Source: Lentisphaerae bacterium GWF2_50_93
Lineage (GTDB): Bacteria > Verrucomicrobiota > Lentisphaeria > Victivallales > GWF2-50-93
Direction: 5' to 3'
Length of the DNA stretch: 64,000 bases
Assembly: GCA_001804815.1 (NCBI GenBank)
Contig: MHBI01000056.1
Location: forward strand, 28,802-92,801
The notes under the pieces were generated by a model, which worked only from the letters and a program-made list of their open reading frames with translations, ran no database searches and was not told the origin of the DNA. This document shows, in pieces, positions 36,703 to 46,466 of this stretch. The position numbers and the translations under genes are program-made. Each line of letters starts with the position of its first letter. The stretch's first letter is position 1.

Positions 36703-38523
36703 ATGGTTGTTATTTTTCTTTTCGCCGGGATTATCCTGGGATTTTTCCTTCCTGGTTATTTCATAAACAGGATACTTGGCGGGAAAAATGATTTCGGAGC
36801 TGACTTCATAGTATCCACTGTCATTCTCTTCACTGTGATATTCTGGGCCGGCATATCGGGATTTAAGCTGAATGTCGTCAACATCGGCCTGCTGCTCCTC
36901 CTGCTCAACGCCCTGCTCTTTGTCTACTGTTCAATAAAAAGAAAAAAGCTTGACATGGAATATCAGGTGTTGCGCCTGGGCAATTTTGAAAGAGTAATTC
37001 TTCTTCCCATAGCGCTGCTTTGCCTGTTGATGCTTTTAAGAAGTTCTTTTTTTCCGCTGCCGATTGGCGATCAGATATTCAGGTGGTATTTCCTTCCCGC
37101 AAGAATGCTTGAGACCGGATCCTTCAGTTATTATCCACCGTTTACGGGTGCTGACTACGAGAAATATTTCTTCACTGATTCATTTCCGCCGATAGTATCA
37201 TTTTCGTATTTCTGGCTCTTCTCCCTTTATGGAAAGGCCGAGGTTCTCCTTGTATGCATACCTGTGACAATTCAGTTTGCACTAATCTTCGTCTTCGGAT
37301 ACAGGCTTGCATCAACCCTGTTCAATTCTGAGAAAGCTGGATTCTTTGCAATCCTCATGATAGGCTCATCAACACTTCTTTTCTATTCCGTACTGCTGTC
37401 ACAGGAAACGGGCATAACAGCCCTCGCAACACTGGCATTAGTTTATTTTCTTGTCAGGAACAGAGAATGCACAACTGGTGATGTGCTACTTGCCGCCTTC
37501 GCCTCCGCGCTCGGAGCCCTCTCCAGGGAATATGGTTGTGTTTTCATACTCTGCGGACTGATCGTAATATTATGGAGGAAAATGCCTCTAAGAATACTTG
37601 TCTGCTATCTCACCCTCTCATTTCTCCTCGTTGGACCTTGGTATATAAGGAACATCATCATAACAGGAAATCCGGTATACAGCAATCCCATAGGCAACAT
37701 TTTCCCGGTAAATCCGGTGCATGTCGGCATCCTTAGTGCATACAGTGACACCATAGGCTTGAAAAGCTATATGAATATCAATGTGTTGAAACCCCTAGCT
37801 GAAGGACTTGTATTCGCTCTTGGAATTCCTTTCTTCATTGGAGTTGCAGCCGTATTGATGATGTTCCGCAAACTTGGATACCTGCTACTCATTTCCATCA
37901 TTTTCCTGTCCCTGTGGATTTATTCGATATTTGTGCCGGCTGGAATTTTCCATTCCATGAGGATACTGACACCTGCGATAGCTCTGCTCTATGTCTGTGC
38001 TGCAAGCATCTTTGATATGCTTTCCGCAAAATACAAAAACTTCTACAGGATCGCAGCCATAGTCCTTTCAGCCTCATGCTTCCTAGCCTTGTTCCTGGAC
38101 ATCTTCGTCCCCTGGAACCCTTTCAGGCTGAGCTTGAAGGAATGGGAGATTGCTTCAGGCATTAAGAAACAGTGGGACATATCCCAAGAGATATATCTTT
38201 TCATCGAACCAATCCCCAACGGCTCGAAAGTCCTTTCGGACTGCGCCAATTTCTATGCAGTCCTTGAAGCCGACAAGGAGAACAGCAAGGACATAAAGCT
38301 TGTTTCAGTATACAGCCCGGATGTCAGATTCCTCTTCGACAAGAACACTTCATTCGAAGAAGGTGCGGCAGGGCTGAAGAAACTGGGGATCAGCTATGTG
38401 CTCATAGGACAGAAGAACAACCTGGACTTCATCTATTTCAGAAAATTTCCGTTCTTTGAGAAATGCAGTTCCTCCGGGCGGCAGATAATAAAGGGATTGC
38501 TGTATGAGCTGCCCTCAGATTGA
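36703..38523 (+). CDS. Large polytopic membrane protein, possibly GT-C-like
   Basis: 606 aa with more than 12 hydrophobic segments and a C-terminal soluble domain. It sits inside the glycosylation island. It shows no clear paralogy to the ArnT-like trio. Confidence 0.5.
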   Translation: MVVIFLFAGIILGFFLPGYFINRILGGKNDFGADFIVSTVILFTVIFWAGISGFKLNVVNIGLLLLLLNALLFVYCSIKRKKLDMEYQVLRLGNFERVILLPIALLCLLMLLRSSFFPLPIGDQIFRWYFLPARMLETGSFSYYPPFTGADYEKYFFTDSFPPIVSFSYFWLFSLYGKAEVLLVCIPVTIQFALIFVFGYRLASTLFNSEKAGFFAILMIGSSTLLFYSVLLSQETGITALATLALVYFLVRNRECTTGDVLLAAFASALGALSREYGCVFILCGLIVILWRKMPLRILVCYLTLSFLLVGPWYIRNIIITGNPVYSNPIGNIFPVNPVHVGILSAYSDTIGLKSYMNINVLKPLAEGLVFALGIPFFIGVAAVLMMFRKLGYLLLISIIFLSLWIYSIFVPAGIFHSMRILTPAIALLYVCAASIFDMLSAKYKNFYRIAAIVLSASCFLALFLDIFVPWNPFRLSLKEWEIASGIKKQWDISQEIYLFIEPIPNGSKVLSDCANFYAVLEADKENSKDIKLVSVYSPDVRFLFDKNTSFEEGAAGLKKLGISYVLIGQKNNLDFIYFRKFPFFEKCSSSGRQIIKGLLYELPSD

Positions 38524-38533
38524 CGGCTGAAAA

Positions 38534-40087
38534 TCATGTGTCAAATATTTTGCGGTAGAAAGAGATAAATAAAGCGCTAAAAGCAATGACGATTAGAAGC
38601 AAGGGGGCAAGGCTCCATAGCCCCTTCAATCCAAGAAGCATTCCCATGTTCCAGGAAGTATATTCCTTTATTGTATCCCAGTCAGGATTGAGCGCCTGGT
38701 ATCTTATGGGGCTTTTGAAGATGCTTAGTTCACCTCTTAAGAAATGCCCGTAGGTCCAGCCGAATAGTGGATTCCTGGTCGTCTCAACGGTGCCAGGGGC
38801 GGCTTTCTCAGCTGATGCACTACGTTCGAAGTTTGCCTTGTCGATAGAGGAATCCAGCGGGACTGTGCATTCCGTGGAAACAGCTGCTATTGCAAGCATG
38901 TTCAATATCGAGCATGAAGCAAGGAGAATTGCCGTATATCTCCAAATCCGTCCATCTGGTATTTTTGCAAGCACGAGAATCCAGAAGGGGATTGAGCATA
39001 TCTGATATCTCATGTAAGTTGATGCACCTCCATGCCAGGCGTTAAAGGACGAATTGACAACGACGATCAGGATGATCGAGCCAGCGCAGAGCCATAAAAG
39101 CCGGTCTTTGCTGTTTGTTTTAAACCATATTAAGAAGCCTGCGGCAGACAAGAGGAGCAATGGTGTTGAAAGAAACATTCCCCGTTCAAGACTGAATAGA
39201 ATCCTGTATATAATATCAATTGAAACTGTTCCTAAGGAACCAAGAAGTTTATTGTCTTCGGTAAATAGGGGGTTGGTCTTTGATATTGACAAATTGACAA
39301 TTGACCCGAAACAGGCATACTGGTAAGCTATCAAGGCAAGAAGAGGGGCCAGTCCGCCGGCAATATAGTGGAAAATCATTTTTTTCTCTGTAGTTAAAAC
39401 ATAAATAAATATGGTCACGGCGAATATTCCGGCAAGATAGTCTGTTATCGTCGCGCACCCAATCCAGAAACCGGACAGAAAATAGTTCTTGTTCTCAGTA
39501 TTTAGGATACTATACAGGGAAAAGACAAGGAATGCCGCTGCAGTTGTGTGACCCCATATCTGGACGGAGTACGGGAAGAGAGGCGTGCAAAAGACTAGAA
39601 ACAGTGAATACATGAGGGATTTCTTTTCCGGACATCCGAAAAAAACGCTGAAAATCCTGAACATCAAGACTGCTGCAAATGCTAAAGGGATGATTGAAAT
39701 AAACAAGTTGATAAGATATGCATCGAAAATTTCAACGAGCGGGTTGTTGCAGTCTATGTCGAATATGTTCTGGACATGAAATATTATGAAATAGACGGGG
39801 ATCCCGAGGAAATGTGTCCCCGGCGCCTTGTTGGAATAAAAGTTGCCATTGTTAAAAGCCCAGTCGTCGGTATTGATGCCTCTGACGGGTGAAACTATGA
39901 ACCGGTTTATTTTGAATGTGTTTGTTTCGCTGAACCCCGTCTCGACAAATGAATAAATGACATCGAGCCTTGAATTCTGGCTCGATCCTCCGTTGGCATA
40001 GAAGTATCCGATGACAACTATAACAAAAAGAAAAATCGTCCATTCCGTCTTGCTTCTGAATTTAAAAATGGGAATTAAGTTATGCAT
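38534..40087 (-). CDS. Large polytopic membrane protein, possibly GT-C-like
   Basis: 517 aa. The first loop, DDWAFNNGNFYSNKAPGTHFLGIPVYF, resembles the D..(Y)..K(P/A)PG loop of GT-C enzymes. It is on the opposite strand to the rest of the island. Confidence 0.5.
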   Translation of the reverse strand: MHNLIPIFKFRSKTEWTIFLFVIVVIGYFYANGGSSQNSRLDVIYSFVETGFSETNTFKINRFIVSPVRGINTDDWAFNNGNFYSNKAPGTHFLGIPVYFIIFHVQNIFDIDCNNPLVEIFDAYLINLFISIIPLAFAAVLMFRIFSVFFGCPEKKSLMYSLFLVFCTPLFPYSVQIWGHTTAAAFLVFSLYSILNTENKNYFLSGFWIGCATITDYLAGIFAVTIFIYVLTTEKKMIFHYIAGGLAPLLALIAYQYACFGSIVNLSISKTNPLFTEDNKLLGSLGTVSIDIIYRILFSLERGMFLSTPLLLLSAAGFLIWFKTNSKDRLLWLCAGSIILIVVVNSSFNAWHGGASTYMRYQICSIPFWILVLAKIPDGRIWRYTAILLASCSILNMLAIAAVSTECTVPLDSSIDKANFERSASAEKAAPGTVETTRNPLFGWTYGHFLRGELSIFKSPIRYQALNPDWDTIKEYTSWNMGMLLGLKGLWSLAPLLLIVIAFSALFISFYRKIFDT

Positions 40088-40382
40088 AGATAATCAGTCA
40101 AACACGGTTCGTCGAAATTATTTAAAGGGCTTATAGATGAAAACGGATGGGGATTGTGATTCCCGTCTTAGTGAATGATAATCCTGAGATGGGGAAGAAT
40201 CAAGGTGTTTCAGCCATAATCAAGCCTTTTTTCATTCCGGTTTCGGAGTCAAACAGCCATGATCCTGATTTGAATCTGTCGTGCTTGATAAACTACTCTC
40301 AAGCGATTAGCTTTTAGGATTGATATTTTTTTTCGAGCATCACGCGTGCCTGATTTGTCAATAAAACCCTGCCGGGATTAAT

Positions 40383-42005
40383 ATGAATGCAAAATCAGTT
40401 GCAATAAGACAAGTTTTAAGGAATCATGTTTTCCTGTATCTTCTTGCAGGCTTTCTGCTGTTTGCAACATGCCTTCTGCATTTCTGGAACCTGGAAAACA
40501 TGCCGGGGGGGGTTCATGTTGACGAGAGTTCAGTTGCATACAACGCCTACTGCATTTATAAGACCGGGGCGGATGAGCATGGAACAAAATATCCATTGTT
40601 CTTCAAATGCTTTGGCAACTACCAGGATCCCGTTATGATATATTCAGCAGTGCCGATGGCAGGTCTTTTCGGACTTGACAAGGCAGCCATTCGTTTCCTA
40701 AGTGCATTATTTCACATCCTAGCTTCTGTTGCGCTGTTCTTCCTCGTTTCGAAACTCATCAGGAATAGAATGATCTGCCTTGTATCAGCTTTCACCTTTT
40801 CGGTTCTCCCTTGGCTTTTTCCCATAAGCAGGACAGGAATAGGGGGGTACATGGCCATGCTTCTGGGGATTATCGGGGGCTGTTATTTCCTATTTGATGC
40901 AATTGGCAGGAAATCAACTGTTTCATCCGTACTTGCAGGAATATTCTGGTCCTTTGCCATGTATTCTCATCATATCGGGAAACCGATGTCGGCCGTGATA
41001 CTGACTTGTTTTGTCCTAGCTTTAAATAAACGGATCATGAAACGTCTTAAAGTTTTCAGCGTTTTCATGGCCAGCTTCGCATTTTTACTTGTTCCAATGG
41101 CCATAAGTTCACTGATCCGGCCCGAAAGCATGACCAGCAGATTCAATAGTATAGCTCTTTGGAGGGAATCTTCGACATGGATTGAAATAGCCACGGGGAT
41201 GCTTCAAAGGTATATTGAATATTTTAGCTTCGACTTCCTTTTCATTGCAGGCGACAGGGATCTTCGCCACAATGTTGGAGCAGGGGAGCTCTACCTGTTT
41301 TTTGTCCCATTGCTTGTCGCAGGCGTTTACGTCATTGTAAAAAACTTCAAGGGAAACCCGTTTTATCGTTTTATTTTCCTCTGCCTTTTGACCTATCCTG
41401 CCGCTGCGGTGTTGACTATAAGCCATTATCATAGTACCCGCTGTATGAATGGTGCTCCGTTCTGGTGCATTGCTGCAGCCATAGGTCTAAACTATTTTTG
41501 CCAGGAAAGGAAGAAATATGCAGTTGTTCTAATAGCGGTGATATTACTTGCCACGTTTGAGATCCCGTCATACATGTCCAGATATTTTGGCAGATACCAG
41601 ATCGATTCAAGGGAGTCTTTCAGCGCGGGTTCCATCGAGGCCATTCAGAAATCAATCGGACATCTTGGGAAGGATGAAACTCTATACATCTCAAGGTATA
41701 TGTTCTTCCCGGAGGAAATGAAGCCTGGATTTAAGCCTGAGTTCTACACCAACATCCTCTTCCTCGCTAAAATCGATCCGGTTGTGTATCAGCGTGAAGG
41801 CCTGCCTAAGGAAAAAGTGCGGCTCTACGATGAGGAATTCGACAGGCCGGGTATTTTCCTCACTCTTGACAGCTTGTATCTGCTGGACGAAAATAATAAC
41901 CTCAGGATTAGCAGGGATTTTGAAAAGCGACCAGGCAAACTGAAACTTATTGAAAGAATTCCTACGCCGTCAGGTATAAATTTCGAGATTTATCGTGTCT
42001 ATTGA
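40383..42005 (+). CDS. GT-C fold membrane glycosyltransferase, ArnT/PMT-like (paralog 3 of 3)
   Basis: VHVDESSVAYNAYCIYKTGADEHGTKYPLFFKCFGNYQDPV. It is collinear with paralog 1 over the whole length. Confidence 0.65.
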   Translation: MNAKSVAIRQVLRNHVFLYLLAGFLLFATCLLHFWNLENMPGGVHVDESSVAYNAYCIYKTGADEHGTKYPLFFKCFGNYQDPVMIYSAVPMAGLFGLDKAAIRFLSALFHILASVALFFLVSKLIRNRMICLVSAFTFSVLPWLFPISRTGIGGYMAMLLGIIGGCYFLFDAIGRKSTVSSVLAGIFWSFAMYSHHIGKPMSAVILTCFVLALNKRIMKRLKVFSVFMASFAFLLVPMAISSLIRPESMTSRFNSIALWRESSTWIEIATGMLQRYIEYFSFDFLFIAGDRDLRHNVGAGELYLFFVPLLVAGVYVIVKNFKGNPFYRFIFLCLLTYPAAAVLTISHYHSTRCMNGAPFWCIAAAIGLNYFCQERKKYAVVLIAVILLATFEIPSYMSRYFGRYQIDSRESFSAGSIEAIQKSIGHLGKDETLYISRYMFFPEEMKPGFKPEFYTNILFLAKIDPVVYQREGLPKEKVRLYDEEFDRPGIFLTLDSLYLLDENNNLRISRDFEKRPGKLKLIERIPTPSGINFEIYRVY

Positions 42006-42067
42006 TGGATCTTTATTCGTTGACGCTTGAGAAATTCAAAACACTAACGTAATAGGACCGCCGAATA

Positions 42068-42787
42068 ATGGCTGATGCATCAAAACGAGTATGTCTGGTT
42101 GTACCGTGCTACAATGAGGCCGACCGGTTGAATATCGGTGAATACAGGAGATTCTCCGGCGGCATACATTTCCTTTTTGTCAACGACGGCTCCTCTGACG
42201 CCACCGGGGAATTGTTGGAAAAGGAAGCCACGGGATTCGCATCGGTCCTGAGTCTGGAAAAAAATTCAGGAAAGGCTGAGGCGGTGCGGATGGGCATGAT
42301 GCATCTTAAAACGATGCCAGTTTTCGAGGAGATTGAGTTCGCCGGATTCTGGGATGCCGACCTCGCCACGCCCTTGGAAGAGCTTGACGGAATGCTTAAA
42401 TTCACTGATGGCATCTGCCCGGCCGCCGATGCAGTCTTTGGAAGCAGGATATACCGTCTGGGAAGCGTCATACAGCGCAGCAGGACACGGCATCTGATAA
42501 GCCGTATTTTTTGTTTCCTGTTCAGGACATTGTACGGAATTGAAACATATGATTCGCAGTGCGGTGCGAAGATTTTCAGGAAGAACGTGCTCGAAAAGGC
42601 CTTTGCCGAACCTTTTATTTCCAGGTGGATCTTTGATGTGGAGATCATCCTGAGGCTGAAAGGCAGTATCCTGGTGGAATATCCTGTAAGCCGCTGGGCC
42701 GACATAAAAGGTTCGAAGGTGATGAAACTTAACAATATCATAGTCATTTCGCGTGATGTTTTCAGGCTGTGGAAGAAATATGTCTAA
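42068..42787 (+). CDS. GT2-family glycosyltransferase of the polyprenyl-phosphate sugar synthase type (GtrB/ArnC/Dpm1-like)
   Basis: VVPCYNEADRL, FVNDGSSDATGELL, and the DAD motif (FWDADLATP) in a 239-aa soluble protein. Confidence 0.75.
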   Translation: MADASKRVCLVVPCYNEADRLNIGEYRRFSGGIHFLFVNDGSSDATGELLEKEATGFASVLSLEKNSGKAEAVRMGMMHLKTMPVFEEIEFAGFWDADLATPLEELDGMLKFTDGICPAADAVFGSRIYRLGSVIQRSRTRHLISRIFCFLFRTLYGIETYDSQCGAKIFRKNVLEKAFAEPFISRWIFDVEIILRLKGSILVEYPVSRWADIKGSKVMKLNNIIVISRDVFRLWKKYV

Positions 42788-44516
42788 AATCAAGATCCCA
42801 ATATTCGCAGACATAGCCGTGATCCTGCTGGTGTCGCTTGCAGCGCTTTCCGGCCTGATCCTGTCAGGCAGCTGGCCCCAGTCGCACGACGGCCTGAGAT
42901 ATCTATGCCATCTCGACCAGTTCAGGGATGCCTTCAATTCCGGAGTCCTGTATCCAAGATGGATGCCGAACTACTATGGTGGCTACGGATATCCGATATT
43001 CCTCTTCTACCAGCCGGGATATTTCTTTCTCTCGCTCCTGTTCACCTTTTTCACCTCGGACATCCTCGCCGCAAGCTATGCTTCAAATGTCGCGATGTTC
43101 TTCATCGGAGGCACTGGCGTCTATCTGCTGGTCATGAAGATAGCCGGCGACCGACTGGCCTCCCTGTTCAGTTCCATCATGTTCCTTCTTACACCATATG
43201 TATATGTCAATCTGTTTGTAAGAGGGGATCTGAGTGAACTCCTCGCCATGTTTGTCGTTCCATGGCCGCTGTATTTCCTGCTTAGGCTGAAAGACAGGAT
43301 AACTGGCAATACGGCATTGGCCCCTTCAATGCTGGTTCTCTCGCTGATGCTTGCGGCGGTTGTGTACAGCCATCCATTCACGGCCATGTTCTTCTATCCT
43401 CTTTTCTGCGTGTTCATGCTTCCAATGTGCCTGGACATGGACAGGAAGCAGGCATTGAAATTCCTAGGGGCAGGTTCAACAGCACTGCTTTGCGCAGTGA
43501 TTTTCAGTTCTCCATACTGGTTCACGGCGTTTCAGATGAAGAAGTACGTTGATTACAATCCTGCGGTGAGCGGATTTTATTCAGCTGAAAACCACATTGT
43601 ATATTTCCAACAGCTCTTTTCCAGGTTCTGGGGATTCCTGGGATCCGAACCAGGAATTTCGGACGGCATGTCCTTTCAGCTGGGCCTGCCCCACTTCATT
43701 CTCGCCGTTGCGGGTTTCTGGCTGAACAGGAGGAGTAAATTCTTCATCACCGCTTTTTCTCTTTATATCTTGTGTATTGTCATGATGACTCCGGCGGCGT
43801 CGCTGCTCTGGAAGAATATTCCTCTCATGAATTTTGTCCAGTTCCCGTGGAGGCTTTTAAGCGTGATAGTGCTTCTGCAGATCCTCTGTATTTCGGGAAT
43901 TTGGAAACTGCGGGGAGTCCTGGAGTCAAATGTGAGATTCTGTTCAGCCCTAGTTGCATTCCTTCTTTTAACCCTCCTCTGGAACGCAAATGAGTTCCAG
44001 TTCATAAGGTTCAAATACGTCATCAGGGATGCGATCGAATTCCACAGGCAACTGCGGCTCGAGAAAATGGAAGTCTATGAATCCTTCAACGAGTTCGTGC
44101 CAAAGACCGCAACATCCTATCTGCCTTCCGCGGCGAGGGGGAACGGTCCGATGCTTTCAGTCAGCGATCCGGCCTGCAGGATCTCCGAGTATCCTGAAAG
44201 CAATCCTCATCACATGCGCTACAGCGTCTCAAGTGAAAGACCACAGGTAATCATGGTCAACCAGCTGTATTTCCCCGGCTGGAAAATAATTCTTGGAGAC
44301 AAGGATATCGATGGCTCCACCCTCCTGGAGGATATTTCAAAGGATGGCAGGATCCAGATTGAAATTCCTGCAGGTGAAAACCAATATCTGGAGGCTTTCT
44401 ATGAAGGTCCTCCGGGATGGTATGCAAGGAATGTATTTATAGGGATTGTCTTCTTGGCCATGCTTGTTGCAATCATGCTAGAGCACAGGAAAATCCTGAA
44501 GGAAACTGGAAGTTGA
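42780..44516 (+). CDS. Large polytopic membrane protein (GT-C-like candidate) with a C-terminal beta-rich domain and a terminal TM helix
   Basis: SHDGLRYLCHLDQFRDAFNSGVLYPRWMPNYYGGYGYPIFLFYQPGYF, then about 12 hydrophobic segments. The ATG at 42780 overlaps the GT2 stop by 8 nt. Confidence 0.55.
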   Translation: MSKIKIPIFADIAVILLVSLAALSGLILSGSWPQSHDGLRYLCHLDQFRDAFNSGVLYPRWMPNYYGGYGYPIFLFYQPGYFFLSLLFTFFTSDILAASYASNVAMFFIGGTGVYLLVMKIAGDRLASLFSSIMFLLTPYVYVNLFVRGDLSELLAMFVVPWPLYFLLRLKDRITGNTALAPSMLVLSLMLAAVVYSHPFTAMFFYPLFCVFMLPMCLDMDRKQALKFLGAGSTALLCAVIFSSPYWFTAFQMKKYVDYNPAVSGFYSAENHIVYFQQLFSRFWGFLGSEPGISDGMSFQLGLPHFILAVAGFWLNRRSKFFITAFSLYILCIVMMTPAASLLWKNIPLMNFVQFPWRLLSVIVLLQILCISGIWKLRGVLESNVRFCSALVAFLLLTLLWNANEFQFIRFKYVIRDAIEFHRQLRLEKMEVYESFNEFVPKTATSYLPSAARGNGPMLSVSDPACRISEYPESNPHHMRYSVSSERPQVIMVNQLYFPGWKIILGDKDIDGSTLLEDISKDGRIQIEIPAGENQYLEAFYEGPPGWYARNVFIGIVFLAMLVAIMLEHRKILKETGS

Positions 44517-44518
44517 AC

Positions 44519-45307
44519 ATGGAACTGTTTGATACGCATTTTCATTATTATCCTGAAGACGCGGCAGTTAAGGATTATGCCGAAAAGGCCCGCAGGGCTG
44601 GGGTGAGGTATCTCCTTGCCACAGGCGCCAATCTCCTGGAAAGCAGGATAGCGAGGGATTTTGCGAACCAGAACGCAGACTGCTGGTTTTCCGCTGGTGT
44701 TCATCCTCACGGGGCGGATGCGTTCAAGGAAGACATTTCAATTTTCCAGGAGTTCATCAAGGAACCGAAAATGCTGGCCATAGGCGAGGTCGGGCTTGAC
44801 TATTTCTATGAGAATTCAGACAGGGTGTCGCAGAAAAAAGTTTTTTCCGCGTTTTCGGAGATGGCGCTTGATAATAAATTTCCTCTGATTGTCCATTGCC
44901 GTGACAAGAATGACAGCGAGGAGGCATATTCGGATTCATACGGCATCCTAGCAGATTTTTCGCGCAAAGGCGGAAGTTTTGTCCTGCATTGTTTTACTGG
45001 AACGGATGAATGGTGCAGGAAATTCCTCGATCTGGGAGCTTTTATAAGTGTAGGAGGTATTGTTACATTTCCAAAGGCGGCTAATGTCAGGCAGCTGCTG
45101 AAGATCATTCCTGATGACAGACTGCTTCTTGAGACGGATTCCCCTTACCTTGCGCCTGTTCCGCACCGAGGCAAGCGGAACCATCCGGAATATCTGGCTG
45201 TCGTGGCAAAATATGTTGCTGGACAGAAGGGCGTCACTGAGGATGAACTGGCAGGATTTACGACTGCGAACGCCTTCAAATTCTTTAAAATAAGACGCGA
45301 TTGCTGA
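44519..45307 (+). CDS. TatD-family metal-dependent hydrolase
   Basis: MELFDTHFHY..., IGEVGLDY, LIVHCRD, HCFTG and LLETDSPYL. It starts 3 nt after the previous stop. Confidence 0.85.
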   Translation: MELFDTHFHYYPEDAAVKDYAEKARRAGVRYLLATGANLLESRIARDFANQNADCWFSAGVHPHGADAFKEDISIFQEFIKEPKMLAIGEVGLDYFYENSDRVSQKKVFSAFSEMALDNKFPLIVHCRDKNDSEEAYSDSYGILADFSRKGGSFVLHCFTGTDEWCRKFLDLGAFISVGGIVTFPKAANVRQLLKIIPDDRLLLETDSPYLAPVPHRGKRNHPEYLAVVAKYVAGQKGVTEDELAGFTTANAFKFFKIRRDC

Positions 45308-46251
45308 TGGATGCAAAGGTAAACAGTTTCAAAATAACAATGAAGGCATGGCTGAATCTCCTCAGGGTGCCGAATTACTTCACCGTTCCAGGCGACGCCG
45401 TATTTGGTTATCTCATCATGAACGGGAAAATAGATTCACCGAATTTGATGTATGTGATCCTGTCAGTGCTGACCTGCTATTCATTCGGACTGATAACCAA
45501 CGACATCGCCGATCTTGAAACTGACAGACGTGAAAGGCCCGACAGGCCTCTCCCCTCAGGACTGATCAAAGTCCCGGCCGCGAAATTCGCAGCGGGTATT
45601 TCCGCTGCGGCCGCTCTTGCATTCGCATTAATGTGCGGGCCCAGGACATTCACGATTGCCATGGTGCTTCTGCTGGTAATAACTGGTTACAATAGCATGT
45701 TCAAGCATGTACAGCTGCTCGGCCCTCTGGTTCTCGCGATGTGCAGGATGCTCGGTCTCATCATGGGAGTTTTTGCGGCTCGCTCGATTGTTCTGGAGTC
45801 ATATATCATCTATCCGGCTCTCTTCTTCCTTGTGATCTATGTCTTCGGTCTTTCCGTCTCCGCCCAGGTTGAAACGCAGGAAGACAGGAAGAATACTGTG
45901 CTGGCGGGCGGATGGATCGTAATGATATCATCTCTCTTATGGATAGGCGTCGGATTTTATCTGTCTTCAAATGTCGACGATATCAGCGTCATGCAGGAGA
46001 TTACGCCGAGCATGTGCTTCGCCATCTGTCTTTCGGCGATACTTTCCCTAAGCTCGCTGAAGAACCTCATTGGGCTGCATTTGAATTACAGTCCATCGAG
46101 AGTTCCTCCTTTCATAGGTGAAAGCATAAGGAATCTAATTCTTTTCCAGGCGTCGGCATGCGCTTTTGCAGGATTCATGAATGCGGCTTTCTATATAGCC
46201 CTGCTGTATATTCCGGCCTGGATCCTTTCAAGGCGCCATTATCAGAGCTGA
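45307..46251 (+). CDS. UbiA-family aromatic/polyprenyl-phosphate prenyltransferase (integral membrane)
   Basis: NDIADLETDRRERPDRPLPSG (NDxxDxxxD motif) and about 8-9 TM segments. Its ATG overlaps the tatD stop (TGATG). Confidence 0.8.
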   Translation: MDAKVNSFKITMKAWLNLLRVPNYFTVPGDAVFGYLIMNGKIDSPNLMYVILSVLTCYSFGLITNDIADLETDRRERPDRPLPSGLIKVPAAKFAAGISAAAALAFALMCGPRTFTIAMVLLLVITGYNSMFKHVQLLGPLVLAMCRMLGLIMGVFAARSIVLESYIIYPALFFLVIYVFGLSVSAQVETQEDRKNTVLAGGWIVMISSLLWIGVGFYLSSNVDDISVMQEITPSMCFAICLSAILSLSSLKNLIGLHLNYSPSRVPPFIGESIRNLILFQASACAFAGFMNAAFYIALLYIPAWILSRRHYQS

Positions 46252-46270
46252 TAATAACGAGGCGGACTTT

Positions 46271-46466
46271 TATTTTGGTAAGCGTTAAGCTGGGTATGTC
46301 AGTCTCATTTACGCAATTAAGTATGGCTCTTTCGCCGAAAGAGCCTCGTGCCGGTTTCGGTCCCGATGTTCATCGGGATAAACATCCACCGGCATATTTT
46401 AACAAAATATGGCCAATTTCCTACGCTCTCAAAAGGCAGCTTAACGCTTACTTATTTTGAGTAAGC
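46271..46466. other. Highly self-complementary ~190-nt element (candidate structured ncRNA or MITE)
   Basis: A perfect 15-bp inverted repeat, gtaagcgttaagctg (46278-46292) and cagcttaacgcttac (46437-46451), encloses the hairpins ggctctttc-gcc-gaaagagcc and tgccgg[...cccgat-gttc-atcggg...]ccggca. It is flanked by the direct repeats tattttgGtaagc and tattttgAgtaagc. Confidence 0.5.

Noticed and set aside
42109-42937. Minus-strand ORFs of 212 and 223 aa opposite the GT2 gene
   Set aside because: They are antisense to a CDS with clear GT2 motifs and have no independent support.
46158-46460. 100-aa ORF spanning the ubiA 3' end and the palindromic element
   Set aside because: It starts inside ubiA in another frame. 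Its sequence is dictated by the inverted repeats, and it has no ribosome-binding site.
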